A stretch of 62,283 nt of DNA, counting the filler, from Nemertoderma westbladi (lineage: Eukaryota; Animalia; Xenacoelomorpha): the NCBI GenBank assembly GCA_032718475.1. It is 4 parts of 4 records of this genome, joined end to end, with 100 filler letters (N's around TTAATTAATTAA, not from the genome) between each part and the next. Parts side by side here need not be neighbours in the genome. Positions count along the whole stretch, not along the records: positions 1 to 23,512 come from JAUCBJ010004594.1; positions 23,613 to 32,381 come from JAUCBJ010003896.1; 2 more parts are not named here. One strand, 5' to 3'. Below, in pieces: positions 12,942-24,443 of this stretch. Below the pieces are notes generated by a model that worked only from the letters and a program-made list of their open reading frames with translations, had not been told where the DNA came from and ran no database searches. A program made the translations under genes and the position numbers. Within the stretch, counting starts at the first letter, position 1, and each line of letters begins with the position of its first letter.

Positions 12942-13420
12942 CTAGTATTTCCCTGCCCCATACTTCCCTTCCTCTTCATCAGCATCCTCATTCGCAAGAT
13001 TTCTCTTCCTCTTGCTCCTTCTCGCCTCCTTTGCCACTGTATTTATAACACACTGAGCATTCTTGACCTTGAGGAGATCTATCTTAATCACTAAATCAAA
13101 GGAATATTTCCCAGGATTGCAGCCAAGATCTTGAAGGACTTTCATCCTTGATGTATAACCATCATTAAATGTAATGACAGTATCCAATACACCGAACCCT
13201 AGAATAGTTGTCATAATAAATACACGCTTCGGAAGTCTTGCACAAACAACATTATTGAAGCTCTCATTGACATTCTGCGTTTTGCCATGGAGACACTTTG
13301 CTAGTCAGTTAGGGTCTGAAAGAGACTTATATATGGGCTTTATGGCACCCATTACAACAGGAAGTAAGTTATGGGTATGTTTGTATTCCTTCTTTTGCGA
13401 AAGCGCTACATAAAACTTCC
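12942..13420 (-). pseudogene. Kolobok transposase C-terminal fragment
   Basis: Minus strand reads 'KCLHGKTQNVNESFNNVVCARLPKRVF..FNDGY...YGAGKY'; truncated by the element starting at ~13441. Confidence 0.75.
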
Positions 13421-13441
13421 ACCATGATGTTTCTCCTTTAA

Positions 13442-14250
13442 CCCTATTAGTACCGGGCTATAAAATGCTGTACAAATACCGGGGGGGGGGGTCATATTGA
13501 CCCCTCCCTCTAAAATCTACAAATATTAACGAAAACGTCTGATTTTTTGTTTGTACGTAGGTATCACTAGTCTGGATCCGACCGAAAAAAAACATTTTCA
13601 AAAAAATGGACTGGAGTGGTAATATTGCAGCACCAAAATTACAAGTAGTGCACAATTTTCACAAAATTTGAAAGTTACATTTTTTGGCTAATTGTTTTTC
13701 AATACAGGTTTTCTGGGGCGCAAAATACATTGGAAAATATTTAAAAATGATATGATTACCATAAATGGCTGTTTAGTCCTCTATGCGTAGGAAAAAAATG
13801 AAAAAAACAAGTAACCAGCACTTTTCAGTTAGAACACAAAATTTTAATTCACTTATACGATGCTATAAATTCACATTTTTAGGTTTTCTAGGGCGCTGAT
13901 TCTAATGGAATACATTTCAAATATGCTAGATCATTGCTACTTGTATTTTTCGGCGTAATTTGACAAGTTTTGGTGCTAGCACCAAATTTCGTACCCATCA
14001 CCAAAAAGTACAAGTTTGCGATGTCCAGTGCTGTTTTTATTGTTTCCATCGGATTCAGGACCCTCATAAACCCGTATAACGCAAGAAACAAGATGATACT
14101 ATCTACTGATCAATTTACTCATTTTCCAAAATTTGGTGCAAAACAACAATTTTCACCCACCGGCGAAAAATACAAGTTTGAAAACTCTTATGAAATTTTT
14201 ACTGATTCCATTGAATTCAGAACCCTAACAAACCCGTATAACGCAACAAT
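13442..14250 (+). mobile_element. Left part of a piggyBac-like MITE
   Basis: TTAA then CCCTATTAGTACCGGG, similar to the TIR of the complete element at 54180-55108; right end not seen. Confidence 0.5.
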
Positions 14251-15510
14251 AACTACCTAAAAAGCCATAGATGACCCCTGGACTAATTAAATCATCAATA
14301 TCAAAAAATAGTATGTACGCAGCTCTATCAAAAAACCATCACAATCCAAAACCTGCTTATCCTACAATCCTGCTTCTTTAAACCACCTAATAATGACCAG
14401 TATTGTTATGATTTTTCTAAATTTAATAAAGAAAATTATTTAAAGGATATTCAAAAAACCGCCTCATGGACATACAAAACAGATAACATTTCCACTGACA
14501 ATCAATTTGACGAATTCTACAAAAATCTCGAAAAAATATCAAATTCTCATCTACCAAAAAAAAAACTAAAAAAAAACGAACTACCTAAAAAGCCATAGAT
14601 GACCCCTGGACTAATTAAATCATCAATATCAAAAAATAGTATGTACGCAGCTCTATCAAAAAACCAAACTAGTGAAAAACTTAACGAATATAAAAAATAC
14701 CGTAATAAATTCACAAAAATCATAAAATTAGCCGAAAAAACATATTATGCAAATGAATTTGAGAAAAACAAGGACTACTATAAACTCCGAACACCAAACA
14801 CCGAACAAAAACGAAAACGTCACCTAAGAAACTAATTTTAACGGACAATAATGGTAATGAAAATGAGACTACTGATACCAAGGAGATTTGCAGTATATTT
14901 AATAACCACTTTGCTACAATAGGATCTAGACTTGCTTGCACAAGACATACCTACTACAACTAATAACCCAACACGTTACATAAATCATAAAAAACCCAAC
15001 ACATTCTCACTTGTTCAAACCTCAAACGCTGAAACCATTTACAATATATTAGATCTTAACTCCTCAACCACAACATACGATAGCTTTCCTATAACCATAG
15101 TTAAAGTAGCAGCATACGATCTCGCACCCCATCTAACATATCTTATTAATCTCTCTATTAAAACCGGTTCATTCCCCACCACTCTTAAATTAGCCAAAAT
15201 TACACCAATCTTCAAGTCCGGCGACCCATCTGATAAAAATAATTACAGGCCAATCTCATTATTGTCTGTTTTCAGCAAAATATTTGAACGCATAATAAAT
15301 TCCCAATTAATTTCTTATTTAGACAAGTACTCTATACTCTCACAGTAACAATACGCATTCAGAAAACACTCCACAACAACAGACGCCCTACTGACTGTAA
15401 CTGAAAGGCTACAAAATATTCTAGAACTGCAAGAATCGGCCTGTTTGAAATCATTAGATCTTAAAAAGGCATTCGATACTTTACAACACAATATTCTTCT
15501 AAAAAACTGC
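14251..15510 (+). pseudogene. Degenerate CR1/L2-group ORF2 fragment related to the element at 1-4987
   Basis: 'KP*MTPGLIKS', 'YKKYRNKF', 'NYRPISLLSVFSKIFE', 'DLKKAFD'; stops and frameshifts. Confidence 0.85.
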
Positions 15511-16381
15511 ACACTTCCGGATCCATGATCCCAGGTAACAGAAGTCGTCCACATGCTCAAGCATAACATCCTTTGAGCTTATGCTCATCCGATCAGAGAC
15601 TTGCTGAGACTTTCAAAGTTAACTGTCAAAATTTTGGTCTTTCTGGAGTTAATAAAAAGACCAACACTAGAAGCAGCATGTTCTAATGAGCTGAGGAGCC
15701 GTTGGGCTCCCTCTAATGATTCTGAGAGTACTCCTAAGTCATCAGCAAAGTCTAGATCAGTTAGGTACTTGGCAGGATTTTCTCAACTTCTGGAGCCAGT
15801 AGGTGGAGTTATCATTACCCCATCATCATTATGATGATCTAAGGACATGCGTAGAACATAGTCAACCACAATAATGAACAAGAATGGTGCAAGTGTGTCT
15901 CCTTGGAGGACGCCCCGCCCCATAACACTTCAAATGGTTCTATGTCACTGTCAACAGTAGACACAAATGTTGTCGAACCATCGTATACTGATCTGATTGC
16001 TGCAATAATTTCATCAGGAAGCCCATATAATGAAAGTATGCTGAACATACGTGAGCGAGAGACAGAATCAAAGGTTTTGAAGAAGTCAACAAAGATAACA
16101 GCCTGTCTTTCTTTGTGTCAAAATGTGCCAAAATGGGCTCCATGGTCCCACGACCTTTACGGACCCATTCTGATTTCCACGGAGCAGTCTCTCAATGGGA
16201 TCCCTGATGCGATTTAATAGAATCCTATTGTATAGCTTTGCAGCAATCGAGATCAATGAGATTCCCCGAAAAGAACCATGGAGTGTTAGGTTGCCCTTCT
16301 TGGGAACTGGCACCAACTTATTTGTTTTCATTTCTTGTGGGACTCTTGTTGTTCGGTACATGTCTACTATGATGGGATAGC
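15511..16381 (-). pseudogene. RTE-clade RT fragment (family B), lacking both ends
   Basis: Near-identical reverse complement of ~58110-58990; 'LVPVPKKGNL', 'RGISL', FADD region. Confidence 0.9.
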
Positions 16382-16965
16382 CTGGATGGGACAGATTTGT
16401 TTCTTATTGCCCTCCCATAATATTTTTGATATTTACCAATTTCTGAATCTGTCAGTCGATTCTTTCCACCAAGAAGTTTACCATTGGTCAGTTTCTTTGC
16501 AGGAACACCAAACTTTGGTTTGTGTGGACTTGCTATACACTACCTTTAAGCCGTAATTTTGTATCTTTTTTAACCCGTAAAGTACTCCCTTTGCACCGTA
16601 ACTGTTTTGTATTGAAATTAGGACCTCGCAGCAGTAGTTATGATATGGTAGGACTGTCGCCTTGTATATATTAAGTTTAGATTTGAGTGGTAACTGTCCT
16701 TTTATCTGTCATAGTGAATGGGCAGTCTTAAGTTGCATATATTCTATCTCAAACAGCATACCTAATGGCCTCAAGTATGGTAGAGTGAAACAGGAGGGAA
16801 GTACAAATAAATAAATATTCAGCTCGAGTATTGCTGCCAGTTGATATTAATTAAATAAAAATAAATTGGAGATGAGCTGTTGCAACTGTAATTAATGATG
16901 TAATTTAAATGGTTTTGTTCAGAAGTGGAAAAAATGAGAAAGCGCGTCACCAGGGGGTTGAACCA

Positions 16966-17009
16966 GTGCTATACGTATGTTTCGGCCTAACAGGCCTCAT
17001 CAGTAGCGC
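16966..17009 (-). ncRNA. Minimal type I hammerhead ribozyme (best-preserved copy of family 1)
   Basis: GCGCUA-CUGAUGA-GGCCU guu AGGCC-GAAAC auac GUA^UAGCAC: stems I and II, full core, short stem III. Confidence 0.85.
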
Positions 17010-17290
17010 TAACCAGCTCAGCCACTAGCCCCTGACACTCACACTCCCACCTAATCTACTTCTATTGAATGGGCAGTCTTAAGTTGCATATATTCTATCT
17101 CAAACAGTGGACCTAAAGGCCTCAAGTATGCTAGATTGAAACAGAAGGGAAGTACAAATAAATAAATATTCAGCTCGAGTATTGCTGCCAGGTGATAATA
17201 ATTAAATAAATTGGAGATGAGCTGTTGCAACTGTAATTAATAAAATTAGGTGGGAGTGTGAGTGTCAGGGGCTAGTGGCTGAGCTGGTTA

Positions 17291-17334
17291 GTACTACTGA
17301 TGATGCCTGTTAGGCCGAAACGTACATATAGTGC
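17291..17334 (+). ncRNA. Type I hammerhead ribozyme, mutated copy
   Basis: GUACUA-CUGAUGA-uGCCU guu AGGCC-GAAACGUAC AUA-UAGUGC; stem II closing pair broken and GUA changed to AUA. Confidence 0.7.
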
Positions 17335-17631
17335 TGGTTCAACCTCTGGTGATGCGCTTTCTCATTTTTTCCACTTCTGAACAAAACCATTTAAATTACA
17401 TCATTAATTACAGTTGCAACAGCTCATCTCCAATTTATTTAATTAATATCACCTGGCAGCAATACTTGAGCTGAATATTCATTTATTTGTACTTCCCTCA
17501 TGTTTCACTCTAGCATACTTGATGCCATTAGGTCCGCTGTTAGAGATAGAATATATGCAACTTAAGACTGCCCGTTCAATAGAAGTGGATTAGTTGGGAC
17601 TGTGAGTGTCAGGGGCTAGTGGCTGAGATGG

Positions 17632-17675
17632 TTAGGACTGATGAGGCCTGTTAGGTCGAAACGTACGTATAGCGC
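17632..17675 (+). ncRNA. Type I hammerhead ribozyme, intact core but 5' strand of stem I partly deleted
   Basis: CUGAUGA-GGCCU guu AGGUC-GAAACGUACGUA-UAGCGC. Confidence 0.7.
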
Positions 17676-17789
17676 TAGTTCAACCCCTGGTGACGCGCTT
17701 TCTCATTTTTTCCACTTCTGAACAAAACCATTTAAATTATATCATATAATTTACATAGCATACAAAAAGCAGAGGACCCAATATACTAC

Positions 17790-18600
17790 CTAGTGGTACA
17801 CTACAGGTAATCGAATCCGAATCCCAAGGGGCCCACCATGAGTCCATGTATCATATAAATGAACAGCATTATATACTACATAGATAGGTAGCATGGTCCC
17901 ATCAGCAGCACCAGAAACCAATATAGATGTAGATGCTTTTGAAGAATTCGTTATCCTCTCTAGGTACTTACTTGCACCCTCATCGAACAATACACCTCTT
18001 CCTACCCGGATCATCTGTCAGATTTGTCTCGTTGTAGTTTACGATATTTGTATTTGGTATACCAGACAATTCCTTTTCTAGATTATCGAAGTAATCATCA
18101 ATGATGTCCTTGGTAACTTCAGCTCTTTTATTTTTTATGTTCTGAGTAAGTCGATAGGACACCCAATTCCGCTTGATAAAATGATTTAATATATTCGTAG
18201 CCAGCTATGTTAGTTTTAAATTGTGCTACATGTGACTGTGACTTACCTAGCCACTGAAGGTATTCATGTAAAATAAATTTTGAGTCAAAGAACGTGAAAG
18301 GAAACCCATAATCTGATATAATTGGAAACCTTTTGGCTATGATTTTTTCTTCTTCCATTCCCAGAGCGCTAGGGTGACCAATGGGACCAGAATGTTTCTG
18401 TGAAAGTTTGTTCTTTAAGGTCGGTCTTGGTATATTTACTTCTTTAGCAGCTTTGCGTTGCGTTAACTGTTTAGTTTTAATTAGATTAATAGCTTGATTT
18501 AACTTATCCTTGGAATATTGCTTATAGGACCTTGCTCCTAATTTGTGTCTTGATACTGGCCAACTTGATCTTTTGTTTGATCTCATCTCTTTTTCGGGGC
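17790..18600 (-). pseudogene. Pogo/Tigger-like (HTH_psq + CENP-B HTH + DDE_1) transposase remnant
   Basis: 'YKQYSKDKLNQAI..LTQRKAAKEVNIPRPTL', 'IVNYNETNLTDDPG', 'GAADGTMLPIYVVY', 'WTHGGP'; frameshifted. Confidence 0.85.
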
Positions 18601-19689
18601 CATTGCAATACTGTAATACCATATATAGAATATAGTAACAAATACACTAAGAATGAAATGCAGTTAGATGTCAGACAATATGCTTAGGCCTACATTAAAA
18701 AGTTAGGGCAGTGTAGGTAGACTGATTTACAGTTTCATTACTTGAAATACTGTAACTAACTATTGGGTGTAAAATACCAAATGATTGGGCCAAAGTTGTC
18801 CCATTTACGAAAATATTTAGGTTTCAACATTGCCCACCCTATGAGAAGATGGTATATATAATGACAGATGCAAAAGAATGGTGTCAAACATGTGTCAAAT
18901 TTATCGTATTTGTAGATTTAGTAACAACCGGGATTGTATTAATTATCACCACACTACAGCACAAGCTCCGAAGTGTAATTTTCTAACTAAATTTAGTAAC
19001 ATATTTTAATGATCTAGTCTGTAAACAAAAGGCCATTATTTATATCGTGTAACATTTTCAGTCATTTTTCAAAATAACTTTTCTCAAGTTTTTTTTTCGG
19101 GAATGTGTTTAGGAATAATAGTAGTATTAGAATCTGGTTAACCTTGTTACTTATTGTTACTAATATATTTTCACTTTTTACTGTCTGGAAGTTGCCTCTT
19201 GGCATCATGAGACGTGAAAAACAAAGTCTAATTAATATCTTTCCCTGACTTCTGTCCCTGACAAATTTTTCGAGTTTTTTTCTTTGGCGGGAATTTTAAA
19301 TCATGTGTGACAATGGTTTCTTCTAATTTATCGGGTTTTACTTATTCTGAACTTTGTTGTTTTGCCTGTTAGCCTAAATTCACAGTTGCAGTATGCTGAC
19401 AGGTCAAAAATTTATGTTTGTCCTTGACATATTCTGTCTCTGACATTACTGTAATACTAGGTACTAAGTAATACTATCTGTCCCTGACGAGAGTGCTTTC
19501 TGGGTGTCTTCTCGCCGCCCACTGGCTGTAAGTTATAAGTAAGTTGATATAAGTTTTTTACTACTGTAGCGTTGTTCAGCAAGTCACCGGAAATAGGATT
19601 ATAAACAGGTTTACCATCTAACAATTGCATTAATACTATATAGTAACTTATTAAATGGTTAGAAGATATTATTGTCTTGTTTAATTGTA

Positions 19690-21400
19690 ATTCAGAAATT
19701 AGGCCTATCAAAATGGCTAAAACTGGTAAAGAAAGACAAGCAGCTTCAGTAAAGAACACCTGAAAGAGAATCGGTGACACCGCATTTAAAGAGCAAGAAC
19801 GTCGAAGGAAACAGGAATATAGACTTAAGTTGAAGGAAACAAATAGAGATAAATATAGACATACATATATAAAGGATATATATAAAGGCTGTAGAAATTT
19901 CGCACTGTTGTGTCCCTAGGCAAGACACTTTAGACATTAGTGCCTACGTCAACCCAGCGGTATAATGGGAACCTGGCTTTGCTGGGGTAATAATAATAAA
20001 AGCGCTTTGAGTATGCTGAGCATAGAAAAGCGCTATATAAATAACCAATATTATTATTATTATTATTAAATATGAGGCTACCAAGGTAAAGGATAGACAA
20101 AGCAAGATGAAGTTTAAAAAGGCTGCACTAGAGCAGTCGACTCCATTAAAGGCAGGTTATTCAAACCTTATCACTTATCACTTATAAACCTTATTACTTT
20201 ATTCAAACATTAAGTCGATCTGTAAACAAGGTAATACGGGTATTAAGTGATTCTCCTTCCAAGCGCAATGCAGTTCTTTGCTCTATTGTTGCATCCCTAT
20301 CACCTAATAGTAAGGCATTAATTATTAAACCAAAGGAGGGAGGCCGTCCAGAAATAACTGCTAATAAGCGTAGTCAAGTAGTCCTTTTCTTAGAGTCCCC
20401 TGATGTAAGCTACTGTTGTCCGAGTAGAAAGGATACCATTTACATTAAAAATGTGAATGGGAAAGCTGTATACAAACCCAAACATTATTTGTTATGGAAT
20501 TTGAACGAAACTTTGGAGTTATTTAACAACCAAAAGGGGGCACTCACTTACCATGCTTTACAAAAAATTGTCACTGAGGAGAAGCATCTTTTCCTAAATA
20601 GAAGTATGCCCAAAGATAACTGCAGATGTGACACGTGTGAAAATTTGGGTTTGATGTTGGAAAAAGCCAAATCACTTCCAACAAGGCCACATTTTCTTGC
20701 AAAACTCTTACATCCTTGTCTTTCAAATGATGATGTTGAATATTGCCCTGGCTTATCTGCGATAGAGGCAGAACTATCTGAGCTACGGGCACAGGAACTC
20801 ATCCTATACTATCAGAGGTCGAATGTTGTTATAAATGATAAAGGTCAAAAAAAATATAAAAAAGTACTCGTAGAGTCAACCGGATCGGAATTTGTGGATA
20901 TCCTTTGCAAGCAACTCAACTTTCCTAGACACATGTACTCATTCCAGCATCAACATGCAGAGATACGCTATTTAAAGAACAACCTGAAGTCTGGGAATGT
21001 TATAGTTTCTGTTGATTTTGCACAGAATTGTTTTCTCCTGCTTTCTCCTGTCCCTCTAGTTGGTGTTCACTTTTGGTCTGATGGTTCATCTGCTCAGTTC
21101 CGCTCTCGATTCACCTTCGCTTTGCTACGATTATTCCCTTCTGACATTACTCTCGCATGGAACTATGGTGAGGCACACCACTTCAAGGGGCCCCATGACG
21201 GAATTGGGGGCAGCCTAAAGTGTAAAATGTATCGAGATGTACTTTCTAACAAAGTGGTTTTTCAAAATTCTAAGCATTTTGCAGAATACGCGGAAAGCAA
21301 TATAATGACTAAAGTCATATATTTAGATAAGTCTGAAATCGACAATCAACGTATCAAGTTGGACTGTTTTTCGTTGGCCCGACGTTGTTGATATATATGA
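19690..21400 (+). pseudogene. Sola2-like DNA transposase pseudogene
   Basis: 'CRCDTCEN', 'VDFAQN', 'WSDGSSAQFRS', 'EAHHFKGPHDGIGG'; flanked by repeated GTCCCTGAC motifs. Confidence 0.7.
19857..20066 (+). mobile_element. 5'-truncated SINE (conserved-core type) with L2-like 3' tail
   Basis: GTGTCCCTAGGCAAGACACTT...CCCAGCGGTATAATGGGAACC core, AAGCGCTTTGAG...AAAAGCGCTATATAAAT stem-loop, (ATT)n tail; candidate TSD TAAATAT at 19850-19856 and 20067-20073. Confidence 0.7.
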
Positions 21401-22239
21401 TGTAAAAGTGGCTTCGGTTTGTGGATTGCTACCAGCTCCTGGCATGTCCGGGCGGGGTACTTATAAATTCGATACCAATCTATCCATATACAGTCATATT
21501 AAATGAACAGTTCGACGAAAATACCTGAACTGATGTGTTTTTACATTAATGCAGTATATGGTACGTTTTTAGAAACACGTTTTCGATTAGCCTTCATAAT
21601 TTCACTAATAATTATCTGTAAAAATAATATTATCTGTAAAAATAAATATCTGTTACCCCTAATGAATATCTGTGCTCTACTGCTCTTTGCAATATTCTTT
21701 GTTGATTTAGGTAAAGTAATAAAGGTGTCCCTGACAGGATCACAAAAATAGTTACGTTATATCTAACTATAAATTAGGATAACAAACCCGATTTTTTTAT
21801 TAATTAGACTGACATGATATGATCATACTTGTATTTATCATCTAGTGATTACATTTATGTATAATTTGATTGATATCTTAGGTTCAATAAGGGTGTTATT
21901 TAACAGTCATTCCAGCAATCTGTCCCTGACGAAAACGTTTATGCTGTATAATATTCTTAACTTTTGTTCTCTCAAACTAAAACACTTATGGCGTTGTAGA
22001 GAAACACATTAGGTTGATGGGTAAAAAATATTTTATACAAAAAGTTAGAACAAAAGTAAATTCTCGCCAAAATTAGTTCATCCTTTTTCTGTCCCTGACA
22101 ATTTAGTGTTTTCAATAATGGTCAAAAACTATTTGCAACCTATGTAAATAATATGAAAAAGTTAAAGGACACATTAGACCATCAACCTGATGTGTTCCTA
22201 CGGTTTGCAAATAAGATTTGCAATATATAATATAGATTT

Positions 22240-23512
22240 ATAGCAATATATGATATATTTTACTAGTTTGGTCAATGTTGTAGGGCATGCTTGTAGAGGA
22301 TCTCATTGTTTCTGGTGTAAGAGAGAATATCTCTTTTCCATTACCAAAGCTATATGGAAGTATAGCAATCCCAGACACAAGAGACGAAGTTTCAACCCCT
22401 GCTATAGTACGTTCTCATTATCATATTGCACAATATGCAGATAACTTTCTTGAAAAAGGGTGATGCACAAGTCCTTCTACTTAGAGGACAAGATGATGGT
22501 AATATTCTTGCTACAGAGTGTCTTAATGAAACGGCACCATTTGTTCACCACACAGCCCTAGGATGGGCATTAGTTGGCCAAGCTTGTCCCAACAATATTC
22601 CCGAAAATAATGATGATTTTCGAACCCTATGCACCAGCACGATTCATGATCACTATTCGGCCAAATTAACATTTCAACCCAAAGAGAGTAGTTTATTTCT
22701 TCCAGAACACAATGATGATAGACATCAAATTAATGAGATATTCAAATGGTATCGCGATGATTAAATGCCCGGCTTTTCTATTCAAGATAGACTATTCTTA
22801 GATAAAATGGGAAAAGCAATTCATATAAATCAAGAAGGGCACTTAGAGATGCCACTGCCTTTTAAAATGGAAGATCCATCTCTACCTGATACTACTAGTA
22901 GTATCGGCATTTTTAAGAATGCTGTGCCGGCTTGTCGACAAAATTGCGCCGCCACAACTCCCTATCACCCATGACATTTGCTAGATCATCCGCATCTTCA
23001 AGACCAGTGTCCTTTAAGATGCGTCTCAAGAAAGTCATGGGCTGTCCACCATGCTTATTCACACCATGAGGCCACTACCTGATAACGGGCAGCATTATTT
23101 AATAGAACAAATAATACACTACAACGCTTAAAGCGGGAACAGATTCGATAAAATTTATGGAAAAATCTATAAATGCTCGCCATATAGAAGTAGTTCCAAC
23201 TACAGAATTGATTTGTACACAAGGAAAGTGCTGGTACCTCCCAGTTTTTCCCGTCACTCATCCAAGAAAGAAATTACGAATTGTCTTTGATAGTTCTGCT
23301 TCTTATCATGGTGTTAGTTTGAACTCTGTTCTTCTTTCAGGACCAGACCAAAATAACAGATTACGCGGAGTACTTATGAGATTTAGAGAACATCCTGTAG
23401 CAGCATTTGTTGCTGACATAGAATCAATGTTTCATTCCTTTCATTTAAATAAAGAACATCGAGATTTTCTCAGTTTCTACTGGTTTGGAGAGAATGATCC
23501 TAACAAGAAAAT
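22240..23512 (+). pseudogene. BEL/Pao LTR retrotransposon pol fragment
   Basis: 'TALGWALVG', 'EMPLPFK', 'WYLPVFPVTHPRKKLRIVFDSSA', 'SLNSVLLSGPD', 'ADIESMFH'. Confidence 0.9.
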
Positions 23513-23612
23513 NNNNNNNNNNNNNNNNNNNNNNNNNNNNNNNNNNNNNNNNNNNNTTAATTAATTAANNNNNNNNNNNNNNNNNNNNNNNNNNNNNNNN
23601 NNNNNNNNNNNN
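23513..23612. other. Artificial scaffold/concatenation linker
   Basis: N44-TTAATTAATTAA-N44 (stops in all six frames). Confidence 0.95.
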
Positions 23613-24443
23613 GGGGCGAAAAGGTCGCGCTGTCGAGGGGCGAATCGACCCGCACCCCGCACCCCTGTGCCTGTACCATCAAAAACCTTAAAAAAAACCT
23701 AAAAACCCTTTAGGTTTATGTAAAAACCTAGGCTATGCAAAAAAACCGAAACCTATGTTTTTTCAACCCCTGCTCAGTCAGTACCTGCTGCTGCTGCCAG
23801 TATTCTGTCATTTACAGATTTAGTTACCGGTGGTGCTGTAGTGTGTTGGGTAGAATTGACTGATTCGTGATCTGTCCTGTCAGTCTATCTGCTGATCTGC
23901 ATTGCTGCATACAGGATACAGCCACCTCGATACTGCCATACTGAAGTCTGCAGTACTGCAGTAGGCCTACGGTCTGACGGTAGAGCAGTACGGTAATGTT
24001 TACTGCTGTACTGTCTGACTGTAATATTAAATCACCGGCTGACCGGTACCGTAAAGGTTTAGAGATTTGAGGCCGTGTAGTTCAGTAGTTATTAATATTA
24101 GTACTGTAGTAGTCTATTCCGGAGTAAATAAACTCTTTGTTTTGTTCCGGTGAGCTAAATGGATGTCATTACAGAACTGTAATTCAAATAAACCCACCTG
24201 GAACTTAGAATCACCAATATCCGAATGCAGTACTGCAGTAGGTTACTGGGAACTGGGGTGTAGGCCTACTGTAGTATAACAAGACATTTAGTGACAGCAT
24301 CAACAGATCTGCCACAGCCAATCAAATACTCATCATATGGCTGTATGGGTGTCTAAACTAATCTGCCTGTCTGCCAAACCAGAAGGAAAGTTAGGCTGTT
24401 ACGTAATCTGACAGCATGGCATTGTCAGACGGTAGGGTGTAGG

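Larger units (their letters stand above)
16716..17745. mobile_element. Retrozyme / Penelope pLTR-like array of ~345-350-nt units: ~1.5 units on minus (16716-17241) and ~1.5 units on plus (17245-17745)
   Basis: GAATGGGCAGTCTTAAG repeats at 16716 and 17067 (351 nt apart); CTGATGA cores at 17297 and 17638; the plus units are reverse complements of the minus units. Confidence 0.8.

Noticed and set aside
6200-13420. Single split Kolobok transposase gene
   Set aside because: On the minus strand the C-terminal piece precedes the N-terminal piece, so these are separate copies.
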